Origin: a candidate division WOR-3 bacterium
GTDB taxonomy: Bacteria > Hydrothermota > Tepidihabitantia > Tepidihabitantales > Tepidihabitantaceae
Assembly: GCA_965649225.1 (NCBI GenBank)
Contig: CBFGJX010000005.1
Span: 49,243 to 113,242 of the forward strand
Direction of reading: 5' to 3'
Length of the DNA stretch: 64,000 bases
In this document: positions 26,059-35,141 of the stretch, one piece after another
Position numbering within the stretch: position 1 is the stretch's first letter
Layout of the letters: each line of letters begins with the position of its first letter
Made by a program: the position numbers and the translations under genes
The notes under the pieces: model-generated
What the model was told of the DNA's origin: nothing
Databases searched by the model: none
Seen by the model: only the letters and a program-made list of their open reading frames with translations

Positions 26059-28959
26059 ATGGAGCATCGCTATGGTCGGTCCGGGATTGCGGTCGTCATG
26101 GCCGCACTGGCGGTAGTTACGGCTACCGCCTTCGCCGAAATCGAGGTGTGGCGTTCCGGCTACAACGGGACGGCAAATGACTGGGACAGTTATCTGGCGC
26201 TGGCATTGACACCGGACAGTGCCGTGGCCGCTGCCGGTTATGTCGTCAATGCCGCGACCGGTCGCGATGTCGTTGTTGCCAAACTGCGCCGCAGTACCGG
26301 TGAAACGCTCTGGGTGCGGACATGGAACCGGAGCGGTACCAGCTTTGACATGGGGCTGGCAGTCGCGGTGGATGCTGCCGGCAACATTTTTGTCGCCGGC
26401 AAAACCTATACTGCGGCCACGGACAGTGACTACGTGACGCTGAAGTATGAGCCAGACGGGACCCTGGCCTGGGCGCAGACTTACCACAACGCCGGTGGTG
26501 ATGTCGCCCGGGCGGTTGTCCCGGACGGCCGGGGTGGCGTATTCGTGACCGGACGTTCCAACGCGGTTGCCGGCAATGCCGCAGCCGACTATCTGACAAT
26601 CCACTACGACGCCAGTGGCAGCGCGCGCTGGACCGCGCGCTACAACGGACCGGGCAATGCCGGAGATTTTCCCACTGCTGCTGTCCTTGACCGGGCCGGC
26701 AATCTGTATGTTACCGGCTACTCGTGGACCGGCAGCGTGCCGCAGTATGACTACTGCACGGTTCGCTACGATACCACCAGCGGTGACACGGTCTGGGTGC
26801 GTCGCTACGACGGTACCGCTTCTTCGCCGAAGGCTGACTTCGCCTACGGTATCACGACCGATGATTCCGGTTACATCTATGTCACCGGCCGGGCCGGCGA
26901 GGTCGGTTCCTGGTATGATGCCACGACTGTCAAGTATCACCCCAACGGTGGTCAGGTCTGGGTGAACCGTTTCGATGCCGGTGACCTCGGGCTTGACGGC
27001 GGTTCGCACATCGCGGTTGATGCCGGCTATCGGGTTTTTGTCGCCGGCTTCAGCGAAAGCGAGAGCACGGCCTATGACGGGCTGGTGTTCCGGATCAATC
27101 AGCAGGATAACTCGGTGGTCTGGTATCGCCGGTTCAACCACGTCAACGATGATGACAGTACTGTGGCGATGGCGGTGGATGCCGCCGGCAACTGTTATCT
27201 GCTCGTGAGTGTCACTACTTTTGAGGGTGATTACGACTGGGCGACCGTGAAATACACCGCGGCGGGCACGCGGGCCTGGACCGCGTATCTTCAGACCTAT
27301 GACGAAGACGATGAACCGTTCGCAGCGGCCGTCGATGAACGGGGCGACGTTTACTGTGCCGGTTACTACTATCCGGTTTCGAGCGAAAACTGTGTGGTGG
27401 TCAAGTACACCGAAACGGACGTCGGCGCGCTGCGGGTCGTTTTCCCGGCTGATACGTTCCGCACACGGGCGCAGGTGGTGCCGCGTGCCTGGGTGCGTAA
27501 CTATTCGGGAGTGGCGCAGAGTTTTTCGGTGCGGATGGAGATTTCCGGCGGGATTTACTATGATTCACGGGTGGTCAGCGGGCTGGCCCCGTACGACTCG
27601 GCACTGGTGGAGTTCGAGGCCTGGCCGGTGCGTGATGTCGGTACCTTTGCGGTGTCGTGTTTCACGGTGTTGAGCACCGACAAGGAACCTGGTAACGATA
27701 CTGCCCGTGGTTCTGTGACCGGGGTGGAGGTCTGGGAGTTTCTGGCCGGAATGCCGGCCGGTCCGAAGAACCGGGGCGTGAAGGACGGCGGCGCGCTGAC
27801 GGCAGTGGACAGTTTTGTCTTTGCCCTCAAGGGCAACAACTCGGTTGAGTTCTACCGTTACAACATCAATCAGCAGACCTGGGTTGAGGTTGATTCGATG
27901 CCGCCGCTGGGCAGTACCGGTTCGAAAAAGCGGGTCAAGGCCGGTGGCAGCCTGACCGCGGACAGCAGCGGCTACGTCTATGCGCTGAAGGGTAACAACA
28001 CTGCCGAGTTTTTCCGCTACAGCGTCAGCGGTGATACCTGGCGGTCGCTGGCCGAGTTCCCCACCGGCAGCGGGCGGCGGGTCAAGGGCGGCGGCGGACT
28101 GGCTTACGTGCCGGCGCTGCACCGGATCTACGCCGTCAAAGGTAACAATACGCTTGAGTTTGCCTGGTATGACATTGCCGCCGGCACCTGGCACATGGCG
28201 GCTCCGATACCGGCCGGCGACCGCAACAAGAAGGCCAAAGACGGCACCGTGCTGGCAAGCGATGGCGTCAACACCTGTTACCTGCTGAAGGGCGGTACCA
28301 ACGAGTTCTTTGCCTACGACATTGCAGCCAACCAGTGGCGGCCTTTGAAGCCGATTCCGAACTCCTACATCTATGCCAAGAAACGCAAGATGAAGAAGGG
28401 CGGGGCCGGCGCATTCGATTACCGTTACAATCGCTTCTATGCGATGAAGGGTGGCAAGACCTGCGAGTTCTGGTACTACGACCCCGGGCAGGATTCCTGG
28501 GTGAGTGTTGACGACAGTTTCCCGCGTCCGCTGGGCACAAAGCCGCCCTACAATGGTGCCAGTCTCTGCTACGGTTCCGGCAAGATTTACGCCCTGCGCG
28601 GCAACAAGACGCTGGATTTTCTGCGCTACAACGCCGACCTGCCATTGGAGCCGGGCGGCGGAGTTCAGGCCGGTCCGGCCGCGCTCAGGCGGCTGGACTT
28701 TACGGTCTGGCCGAATCCGGTTTTCAACCAGGCCGCGCTTCAGGTGGAGCTGCCGGTGCCGGCCCGGGTGAAGCTGGCATTGTACGATGTGAGTGGCCGT
28801 CAGGCGGCGGTTGTTTTTGATGGTGCTGCAGCGCCCGGAAGGCACAGCTTTCAACTCGATGCCCGGGGACTGGCAGGCGGAGTGTATCTGCTGCGGCTTT
28901 CCGCCGAAACCGGTACGGCCAGCATAGAGACGGGCCGCAAGCTGATGGTCGTCCGGTAA
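26059..28959 (+). CDS. Secreted multidomain protein: SBBP-like propeller + Ig/CARDB-like + Lys-rich Kelch-like propeller + T9SS-like CTD
   Basis: Signal peptide; repeats AVD.AGN.YVTG...DY.TVKY...G...W; repeats YALKGNNT.EFYRY; WPNP...LAGGVYLLRL...KLMVVR; GAGGAGG SD. Confidence 0.85.
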   Translation: MEHRYGRSGIAVVMAALAVVTATAFAEIEVWRSGYNGTANDWDSYLALALTPDSAVAAAGYVVNAATGRDVVVAKLRRSTGETLWVRTWNRSGTSFDMGLAVAVDAAGNIFVAGKTYTAATDSDYVTLKYEPDGTLAWAQTYHNAGGDVARAVVPDGRGGVFVTGRSNAVAGNAAADYLTIHYDASGSARWTARYNGPGNAGDFPTAAVLDRAGNLYVTGYSWTGSVPQYDYCTVRYDTTSGDTVWVRRYDGTASSPKADFAYGITTDDSGYIYVTGRAGEVGSWYDATTVKYHPNGGQVWVNRFDAGDLGLDGGSHIAVDAGYRVFVAGFSESESTAYDGLVFRINQQDNSVVWYRRFNHVNDDDSTVAMAVDAAGNCYLLVSVTTFEGDYDWATVKYTAAGTRAWTAYLQTYDEDDEPFAAAVDERGDVYCAGYYYPVSSENCVVVKYTETDVGALRVVFPADTFRTRAQVVPRAWVRNYSGVAQSFSVRMEISGGIYYDSRVVSGLAPYDSALVEFEAWPVRDVGTFAVSCFTVLSTDKEPGNDTARGSVTGVEVWEFLAGMPAGPKNRGVKDGGALTAVDSFVFALKGNNSVEFYRYNINQQTWVEVDSMPPLGSTGSKKRVKAGGSLTADSSGYVYALKGNNTAEFFRYSVSGDTWRSLAEFPTGSGRRVKGGGGLAYVPALHRIYAVKGNNTLEFAWYDIAAGTWHMAAPIPAGDRNKKAKDGTVLASDGVNTCYLLKGGTNEFFAYDIAANQWRPLKPIPNSYIYAKKRKMKKGGAGAFDYRYNRFYAMKGGKTCEFWYYDPGQDSWVSVDDSFPRPLGTKPPYNGASLCYGSGKIYALRGNKTLDFLRYNADLPLEPGGGVQAGPAALRRLDFTVWPNPVFNQAALQVELPVPARVKLALYDVSGRQAAVVFDGAAAPGRHSFQLDARGLAGGVYLLRLSAETGTASIETGRKLMVVR

Positions 28960-28973
28960 ACCGGGGCGGCCAT

Positions 28974-31900
28974 ATGAGCAACCAGATGCGGATTCTGGCG
29001 TTTGGTGCCGTGATTCTGTCGGGGGTGGCTGCGGCTGCCCCCGACACCCTGTGGCTGCGCCATTTTGTCGGTGACAGCGCCAAGCGGCTCAACCGGGCTG
29101 CCGATATCGTTGTCGACCGGCAGCGGGCAGCGGTCTATGTCGGCGGGTCGGTGGAGAATCTTGTACTGAGTGGCGGCTTCTGGCGACCGGTCAGCGACAT
29201 GGGAGTTGTCCGCTACAGCCTGTCCGGCCAGCTGCAGTGGCGGCAGGCCTACGGTGGAAACGCCTCGGCCGGTTCTGAGGGAGATATGGCGCACGCGCTG
29301 GCGCTGGACTCGGCGGGCAATATCTACGTTGCCGGCGTGACCGAGAATAACGCACCACGGCTGCGTGACTACTCCTACTGCAAGTACAGCCCAGCCGGTA
29401 CGGCACTGTGGACACGGAAGAGCCTTGACGCCAACGGTGATGACGCTTTCTTCGACATTGCAGTCGGGCGCGGCGGTCAGTTGTATGCCTGCGGTACGCG
29501 GCTCGATCCGGCCAGCGGTCTAAACGGCTATCTCGTCGTGCGGCTGGATCCGTCGACCGGCGATACGGTCTGGACCCGTTCCTATGTGCTTGATACGACG
29601 GCGAAGCTGCGCCAGCGTCGCCGCAAGCTGCATCCCGATTTTTTGACTCTCGACTACGATGAGTGGGATAATTGCGCAACGGCCATCGCCGTTGACCCGC
29701 GTGACGGTGGCGTTGTCACCACTGGTTTCGGTTACGACAACCTGAACGATCTCTACTATGAGTGGTGGACGATGAAGCACGACACCACCGGCGCGGTTGT
29801 CTGGCAGACGGTCAGTCACACGCAGAACACCGGGCTGATTGACGATGATGACGTGGCGTTCGACGTGGCCGTCGATGATTCGGGTTACGTCTATGCCTGC
29901 GGTTTTACCTACTGGAATGCGGCGCGGGATTATGAGTTTGCGGTGATGAAGTTCAGCCGAAATGGCCAGCGCCTCTACGCTCGTGAGTACGGCTTCAACA
30001 CTGAGGGTGATGCCGATGCGGCTTACAGTCTGTGTCTAGACAACGCAGTGCCGCAAAATCTGTATGTCACCGGCTATATCGGCTACTCCAGCCCGCTGGC
30101 GTGGCAGGTCGTGACGCACAAGTTTGTCACGACAACGATGAGCCGACTGTGGGGAACCGCCGGCGCGGTCTACGACGGCGGCCGGGCCAACGGTGATGAT
30201 GCTGGTTACAAGGTGTTCTGGCAGGACCAGCGGGTGTATGTCGCCGGGGTCAGGGGAGCCGGCGGCGGGTTCAGCGATGACCTGCTGCTGCTCTGTTACT
30301 CGGATGCTGACGCTGCGTTGAAAGATACGCTGTGGACATTCACGTATGACTCACCGGACAGCGCGAATGTCTATGAGGATTATGCCGCAGCGGTGTGGGT
30401 TGCCGATTCCGACAACGTTTACGTCGCCGGTCAGAGCCAGCGTGACAGTCTTGGCCGCAACTGGGTCTCGATGGTCACCGCCCGGCTGTTTGTACCCCGG
30501 CCGGATGCGGCGGTGGGTGCGGTTCTTGCTCCGACCGACACGGTGGCGCTCGGTGACAGTATCCGGCCGCGGGCGCTGGTGCAGAATCGTGGCAACACCC
30601 AGGCCAGCTTCCGTTCCTATTTCCGCATCAGCGATGGTTATGCCGACAGCATCGGACATCTTGCGTTTGCGCCGGGTGATTCGGTGGTTGATACCTTTGC
30701 GCTGTGGGTTCCGGTCACCGCCGGCCCGGTCGTCGTACGCTGCAGCGTCGGACTCGCCGGCGACATCGTGCCGGCCAACGACCTGGTCGTCGAGTCGGTT
30801 TTTGTTGCGGTGCGCGATGTTGGCTGCGCGCGGATTGTCACGCCGGTTGGCATCGTTGACTCGGGTACCGTTGTTACGCCCCGGGCCTGGCTGGTGAACC
30901 GGGGTAACGTTGCCGAGCAGTTCAGGGTGTTGTTTCGGATCGGCGACTTCTGGGCCGACACGGTAACGGTCAATCTGCCGCCGGGCGACAGCGCCCTGGC
31001 GGGATTTGCCGATGTGACACTCCGGCAGCGTGGCTTGTGGGCAGCGGTTTGCTCGACGATGCTGGCGGGAGATCGTAATCGACCCAACGACCGGGCTGAA
31101 GCAGCGGTGCGGGTGCGGGTAACCGATGCCGGGTTGGCCGCGGTTGAGGCGATTCCCGATACGGTTGATTCAGGCAGTGTGCTTGTGCCGGCCCTACGGG
31201 TGGTCAATCTTGGCACCGACAGTGCGGTTGTGCGCGGCGCATTGCGACTGGCGCGGGGCGGGGTTGTCGGTTACGCCGATTCAGTCGACGTCACGCTCGC
31301 CCCTGGTGTGGAATCGCTTGTCGGCCTGGCGCCGACTTTGCCGTTGGTGTTGCTGGGCAGCTGGCAGTACGGCGCGTTTGTGCGACTGACGGGCGATCAG
31401 GTGCCGACCAATGACTCAATTGGCGGCGATTTTGTAGTCGTGCCGACCGGTGGAGCAGTCTGGCCGGCGGGCTGGTTCGAAGTTGCATCGGTGCCGCTGG
31501 GGGGCGGCCGGCCGGTGAAGGACGGCGGTTCTCTGGCGGCAGTTGAGCTGCGGGATACGGCGTGGGTGTATGCTTTGAAGGGTAACAAAACCGGGGAGTT
31601 CTACCGTTATCGCATTCTTGGGGACAGCTGGCAGGTACGGGCAGTGATGCCGATGGGACGTGAGGGCAAACCGCCGGGTCGCGGCGCGGCTCTGACCGAG
31701 CATTCGAGTGGCAGCGTCTACGCCGTCAAGGGCAATAACACGCTGGGTTTCTGGGAGTACCGGCCGGCCGCCGACAGCTGGTTACAGCTTGCCGATGTGC
31801 CGCTGGGAATCAATGGCAAGAAGGTAAAGGGCGGTAGCGACCTGGTGGCGGTTCATGATGGTGGCGAGGACTGGATTTACCTGATGAAGGGGTATCGCAA

Positions 31901-32714
31901 CGAGTTCTACCGCTACCGCATCAGTTCGGGAACCTGGCAGACGCTGCCTGAGATGCCGGTCGGCAGCAATATCAAATGGTACAAGGGTTCGTTTCTGGTG
32001 GCTGACCGTGGTCGTCACATCTATGCCCAGAAGGGCAAGTACAATGAGCTGTGGCGCTATACGGTTGGCACCGATTCCTGGGTCCAGCGCGCGGCGTTGC
32101 CACTGTACAACTCGGCCGGGCGGCGCAAGAAATCGGGCGATGGTGCGTCCGGTGCGATGTGGGGCGGGTCGATCTATGCGCTGAAGGGCGGTAACACCAA
32201 TGAGTTCTGGCGCTACGACACCGCCGCTGACCGCTGGACCGAGCTGGTGGCGGACAGCCTGCCATCGTTCGGGTCTTCCATGCGGAAGAAACGGGTCAAG
32301 GGCGGGTCCGATCTGGTGGCCAGTTCCTGGGCGCTCTGGGCGCTCAAGGGTAACAAGACGCTGGAGTTCTGGCGCTGGGGGATACCGTTTGCTGGAACAG
32401 GCGCATTTCCGCAGCGGCAGACTCAGTCCGGGGTTGTGCTGTCGGGCAGTCCGGCCCGGAGGTTTGAGCTTACACCCAATCCGGCCCGCGGCCGGGTGTA
32501 TCTCTGCTATTCGGTTCCAATACCGGTTCGGGTTTCGGTTCATTGCTTTGATGCCTCGGGTCGACTGGTCGCGGTTGCGGCGGAGCGCCGGCTGGCACGG
32601 GGAAGAGGGGCGATTGAACTGTCAGTGCAGTCGTTGCCTGCCGGTGTCTATCTCGTGCGGCTGGTGACGGATGATGGCACGACAATGCCGGGATACAAGC
32701 TGGTGTTGCGTTAG
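28974..32714 (+). CDS. Paralogous secreted protein: SBBP-like propeller + about 3 Ig/CARDB-like + Kelch-like propeller + T9SS-like CTD
   Basis: Same repeat types; three D.G...I..P..VDSG..V.P...V.N.G units; TPNP...LPAGVYLVRL...KLVLR. Confidence 0.85.
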   Translation: MSNQMRILAFGAVILSGVAAAAPDTLWLRHFVGDSAKRLNRAADIVVDRQRAAVYVGGSVENLVLSGGFWRPVSDMGVVRYSLSGQLQWRQAYGGNASAGSEGDMAHALALDSAGNIYVAGVTENNAPRLRDYSYCKYSPAGTALWTRKSLDANGDDAFFDIAVGRGGQLYACGTRLDPASGLNGYLVVRLDPSTGDTVWTRSYVLDTTAKLRQRRRKLHPDFLTLDYDEWDNCATAIAVDPRDGGVVTTGFGYDNLNDLYYEWWTMKHDTTGAVVWQTVSHTQNTGLIDDDDVAFDVAVDDSGYVYACGFTYWNAARDYEFAVMKFSRNGQRLYAREYGFNTEGDADAAYSLCLDNAVPQNLYVTGYIGYSSPLAWQVVTHKFVTTTMSRLWGTAGAVYDGGRANGDDAGYKVFWQDQRVYVAGVRGAGGGFSDDLLLLCYSDADAALKDTLWTFTYDSPDSANVYEDYAAAVWVADSDNVYVAGQSQRDSLGRNWVSMVTARLFVPRPDAAVGAVLAPTDTVALGDSIRPRALVQNRGNTQASFRSYFRISDGYADSIGHLAFAPGDSVVDTFALWVPVTAGPVVVRCSVGLAGDIVPANDLVVESVFVAVRDVGCARIVTPVGIVDSGTVVTPRAWLVNRGNVAEQFRVLFRIGDFWADTVTVNLPPGDSALAGFADVTLRQRGLWAAVCSTMLAGDRNRPNDRAEAAVRVRVTDAGLAAVEAIPDTVDSGSVLVPALRVVNLGTDSAVVRGALRLARGGVVGYADSVDVTLAPGVESLVGLAPTLPLVLLGSWQYGAFVRLTGDQVPTNDSIGGDFVVVPTGGAVWPAGWFEVASVPLGGGRPVKDGGSLAAVELRDTAWVYALKGNKTGEFYRYRILGDSWQVRAVMPMGREGKPPGRGAALTEHSSGSVYAVKGNNTLGFWEYRPAADSWLQLADVPLGINGKKVKGGSDLVAVHDGGEDWIYLMKGYRNEFYRYRISSGTWQTLPEMPVGSNIKWYKGSFLVADRGRHIYAQKGKYNELWRYTVGTDSWVQRAALPLYNSAGRRKKSGDGASGAMWGGSIYALKGGNTNEFWRYDTAADRWTELVADSLPSFGSSMRKKRVKGGSDLVASSWALWALKGNKTLEFWRWGIPFAGTGAFPQRQTQSGVVLSGSPARRFELTPNPARGRVYLCYSVPIPVRVSVHCFDASGRLVAVAAERRLARGRGAIELSVQSLPAGVYLVRLVTDDGTTMPGYKLVLR

Positions 32715-32731
32715 TTGACAGGGCAGTATCG

Positions 32732-32770
32732 ATCGGCGGGGGCAGCTGCCGGCCCCCGCCGATTTGTTTT
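32732..32770 (+). terminator. Intrinsic terminator
   Basis: 12-bp perfect stem ATCGGCGGGGGC / GCCCCCGCCGAT followed by TTGTTTT. Confidence 0.85.
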
Positions 32771-32792
32771 GCCGGGACAGGACCGGTGGCAG

Positions 32793-34091
32793 CTACCGGT
32801 CGTGGTCTGCGGTTGATGGCGTGGGTGGGTTGGTGTGTCGACCGGGACGCCACGCGGGCGAAATGACACGCGGAGCGGGGATACGTTGCCGCAGGCGGGC
32901 ACGGCTGACGGTGAATTCGCCATAGCGGTCGTTGATCTGGTCGACCGCTTCGAACAGCGATTCAGCCCGGTGGTTGTCAAATATTGAGAGCTGGCGCAGG
33001 TCACGGACCAGTCCGGAAACACTGACACCAAGTAATCGTATCAGCCGCGGTGGTTGATAGATTTCGTCAAACAACTGCAGGGCAATGCGGTAGATGAGTT
33101 TGCCGTCATCGATCCAGCTGCCGAGTGTCCGCTGACGCCCGGTGGTTTTGAAGTCGGCATACCGGAGTATGAGCGAGACAGTGCGGCCGGCGTAATGGTC
33201 CTGGCGCAGGCGGCGGCCGACCTGTTCCGATAGTTGCAGCAGGTGACGCCGGATGATGTCGCGGTTGCCGGTGTCACGGTCAAGCGTGAATGTGTGCCCC
33301 ATCGATTTGGCTTCGGCTTCGTGATAGTAGGGAGCAACCGGGCTGGGGTCGATGCCCTGTCCCATCTGGTGCAGGTGGTGACCGAGGATACCGAAGGTGC
33401 GTACCAGTACTGCTTCGGGAAAACGGCCGAGCTGCCCGCAGGTGCGGATACCGAGACGGCCGAGTCGAGCCGTGGTTTTCGCCCCGATGCCGCAGAGTTC
33501 TTCAACCGGCAGGTTTTCCAGCAGGGCTGGTACTTCAGCGGCGGTGATGATGGTCAGGCCGTCGGGTTTGTGCATGTCACCAGCCAGTTTGGCGATAAGT
33601 TTGTTGGGGGCAATCCCGATCGAGCAGGTTAACCCGAAGGTGTGACGGAGCCAGTCCTTGATGTGGTGGGCAACTGCTTCGGGACCACCGAAGAGATGGG
33701 CAGTGTGGGAGATGTCGAGAAAGGCCTCGTCAATCGAGAAAACCTCGACTTTGTCGGTGAACCTGGTGTAGCAGGCAATGATACGGGTAGAGGTGTCGAT
33801 GTACTTTGCCGGATTGCCGGGGACCAGGATTATGTCGGGGCAGAAGCGCCGGGCGTCGGGCAGTGTCATCGCGGTTTTGACGCCCCGGCGTTTTGCTTCG
33901 TAGGATGCGGCCGCGATGACGGTGCGGCCATCCGGATCGCCACAGACACCGACCGGTCGGCCGCGCAGAAAAGGAAAGGTTTGCTGTTCGACCGCGGCGA
34001 AGAAAGCATCCATGTCCACGTGCATTATCCAGCGTTCGCCCGGGGCCGGAGTGGGGGGCTTTGGCAGTGGTGGCAGGACAGCGCTGAACAC
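32793..34091 (-). CDS. dinB: Y-family DNA polymerase (DinB/YqjH-like) with clamp motif and RecA-NT-like tail
   Basis: HVDMDAFFAAVE, AASYEAK, FSIDEAFLD, GIAPNKLIAKLA, QLSIF, LFEAVDQINDRYG. Confidence 0.93.
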   Translation of the reverse strand: MFSAVLPPLPKPPTPAPGERWIMHVDMDAFFAAVEQQTFPFLRGRPVGVCGDPDGRTVIAAASYEAKRRGVKTAMTLPDARRFCPDIILVPGNPAKYIDTSTRIIACYTRFTDKVEVFSIDEAFLDISHTAHLFGGPEAVAHHIKDWLRHTFGLTCSIGIAPNKLIAKLAGDMHKPDGLTIITAAEVPALLENLPVEELCGIGAKTTARLGRLGIRTCGQLGRFPEAVLVRTFGILGHHLHQMGQGIDPSPVAPYYHEAEAKSMGHTFTLDRDTGNRDIIRRHLLQLSEQVGRRLRQDHYAGRTVSLILRYADFKTTGRQRTLGSWIDDGKLIYRIALQLFDEIYQPPRLIRLLGVSVSGLVRDLRQLSIFDNHRAESLFEAVDQINDRYGEFTVSRARLRQRIPAPRVISPAWRPGRHTNPPTPSTADHDR

Positions 34092-34363
34092 TATTCCGTA
34101 TAGCTGCTGGCGAGTGTCCAGTCGAGATTGCGGGCGTTGTAGCAGAGTTCGAAAATACTGGCGCCGTCGGAGACGGTAAAATGGTAGATTTCGCTTTCGC
34201 CGTTATTTTCCCGCCAGATATAGGTAATTTCTTCGATCCGGTATTCTCGATTGCGCCAGATGAAAAGCACCGGACGGAGCCGGTCGTGAGGGAAGTGGCG
34301 GTCGCTGCTTTCCTTGTAGAGCGCATAGACTTTGACTTTTTCGTTGATGCGACTTTGGGTCAT
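34091..34363 (-). CDS. Small (90 aa) polymerase-associated protein, DUF6504/ImuB-C-like
   Basis: P..FIW....YRI..I...W....G......F.V......FEL.Y......W.L; AGGAG SD; alternative in-frame start at 34474. Confidence 0.7.
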   Translation of the reverse strand: MTQSRINEKVKVYALYKESSDRHFPHDRLRPVLFIWRNREYRIEEITYIWRENNGESEIYHFTVSDGASIFELCYNARNLDWTLASSYTE

Positions 34364-34487
34364 ACAACTCTCCTGGCCGGATATTGCGGCGGTTAATGCG
34401 CTGGCCGGTGGTGCCGGCCAGAATGAAATCCGACAGAGACCGGGTTCTGTTCGTCGCAATGCAGTGCCGTTCATTTTTTCTCCTTGT

Positions 34488-35078
34488 TCAGCGATAGTCA
34501 CGGAGCAGACCGACGACCACGCCAATAATGGAAAAATCGGTCCGGCCGGGCTGAATGGTTATCGGTTGGAACCGGGGGTTTTCCGGGCGCAGTATAATGG
34601 TATCGCCGTTGCGTTCGAACCGTTTGACAGTCGCTTCGTTGTCAAGCAGGGCAGCGACGATCGCTCCGTGCTCGGCGGTGGCCTGGGGACGTACGATAAC
34701 CATGTCACCGTCAAGGATGCCGGCATCGGTCATGCTTTCACCCTGTACCCGCAACAGGAAGCAGTCGCGGAAACGTTCAAGCGTTACTCTTGATTCGATA
34801 TTCTCAACCGCCAGCAGGGGAGCCCCGGCGGCGATACGGCCAACCAGCGGCAGTGAGTCAGGCTGGTGAGCAGTACGCAGAGTGCGGGCGCGACGATCAC
34901 AACGTTCCAGCATGCCGTTGGTTATCAGTATGTTCAGGTGATATTGGACAGCGCGGGTACTGCGGATGCCGAGCGCCTTGCCGATTTCACGAACGCTGGG
35001 CGCAAAATTGTGCTCAGCGGTGTAGTTGCGAATGAATTCGAGTATTTTTTGACGGCGGTTTTTGTCTCTTGTAAACAT
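34488..35078 (-). CDS. lexA: SOS repressor LexA
   Basis: PSVREIG wHTH, IAAG cleavage site, GESM catalytic Ser, ATVKR catalytic Lys. Confidence 0.96.
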   Translation of the reverse strand: MFTRDKNRRQKILEFIRNYTAEHNFAPSVREIGKALGIRSTRAVQYHLNILITNGMLERCDRRARTLRTAHQPDSLPLVGRIAAGAPLLAVENIESRVTLERFRDCFLLRVQGESMTDAGILDGDMVIVRPQATAEHGAIVAALLDNEATVKRFERNGDTIILRPENPRFQPITIQPGRTDFSIIGVVVGLLRDYR

Positions 35079-35114
35079 CTGTTTACATTGTAGGAATGAT
35101 ATTTTTGCTGTCAA
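35070..35114 (-). promoter_or_regulatory. lexA promoter with overlapping 18-bp palindromic operator
   Basis: TTGACA(35114-35109)-N16-TACAAT(35092-35087)-N8-ATG; TGTAAACA-N2-TGTTTACA at 35070-35087. Confidence 0.8.
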
Positions 35115-35141
35115 GCCCGAGTATTGCTTGGTCAGGTGGGG

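Noticed and set aside
25300..27141. 613-aa antisense ORF and other long opposite-strand ORFs (e.g. 10477-11859, 39102-40424, 5006-6250, 27565-28854)
   Set aside because: Shadow frames of well-supported genes in GC-rich DNA, with no recognisable motifs
27733..32380. Recurrent DNA words such as (C/G)AAGGG(T/C)AACAA as a possible CRISPR or repeat array
   Set aside because: Degenerate at third codon positions and explained by protein repeats; no fixed repeat-spacer period and no cas genes
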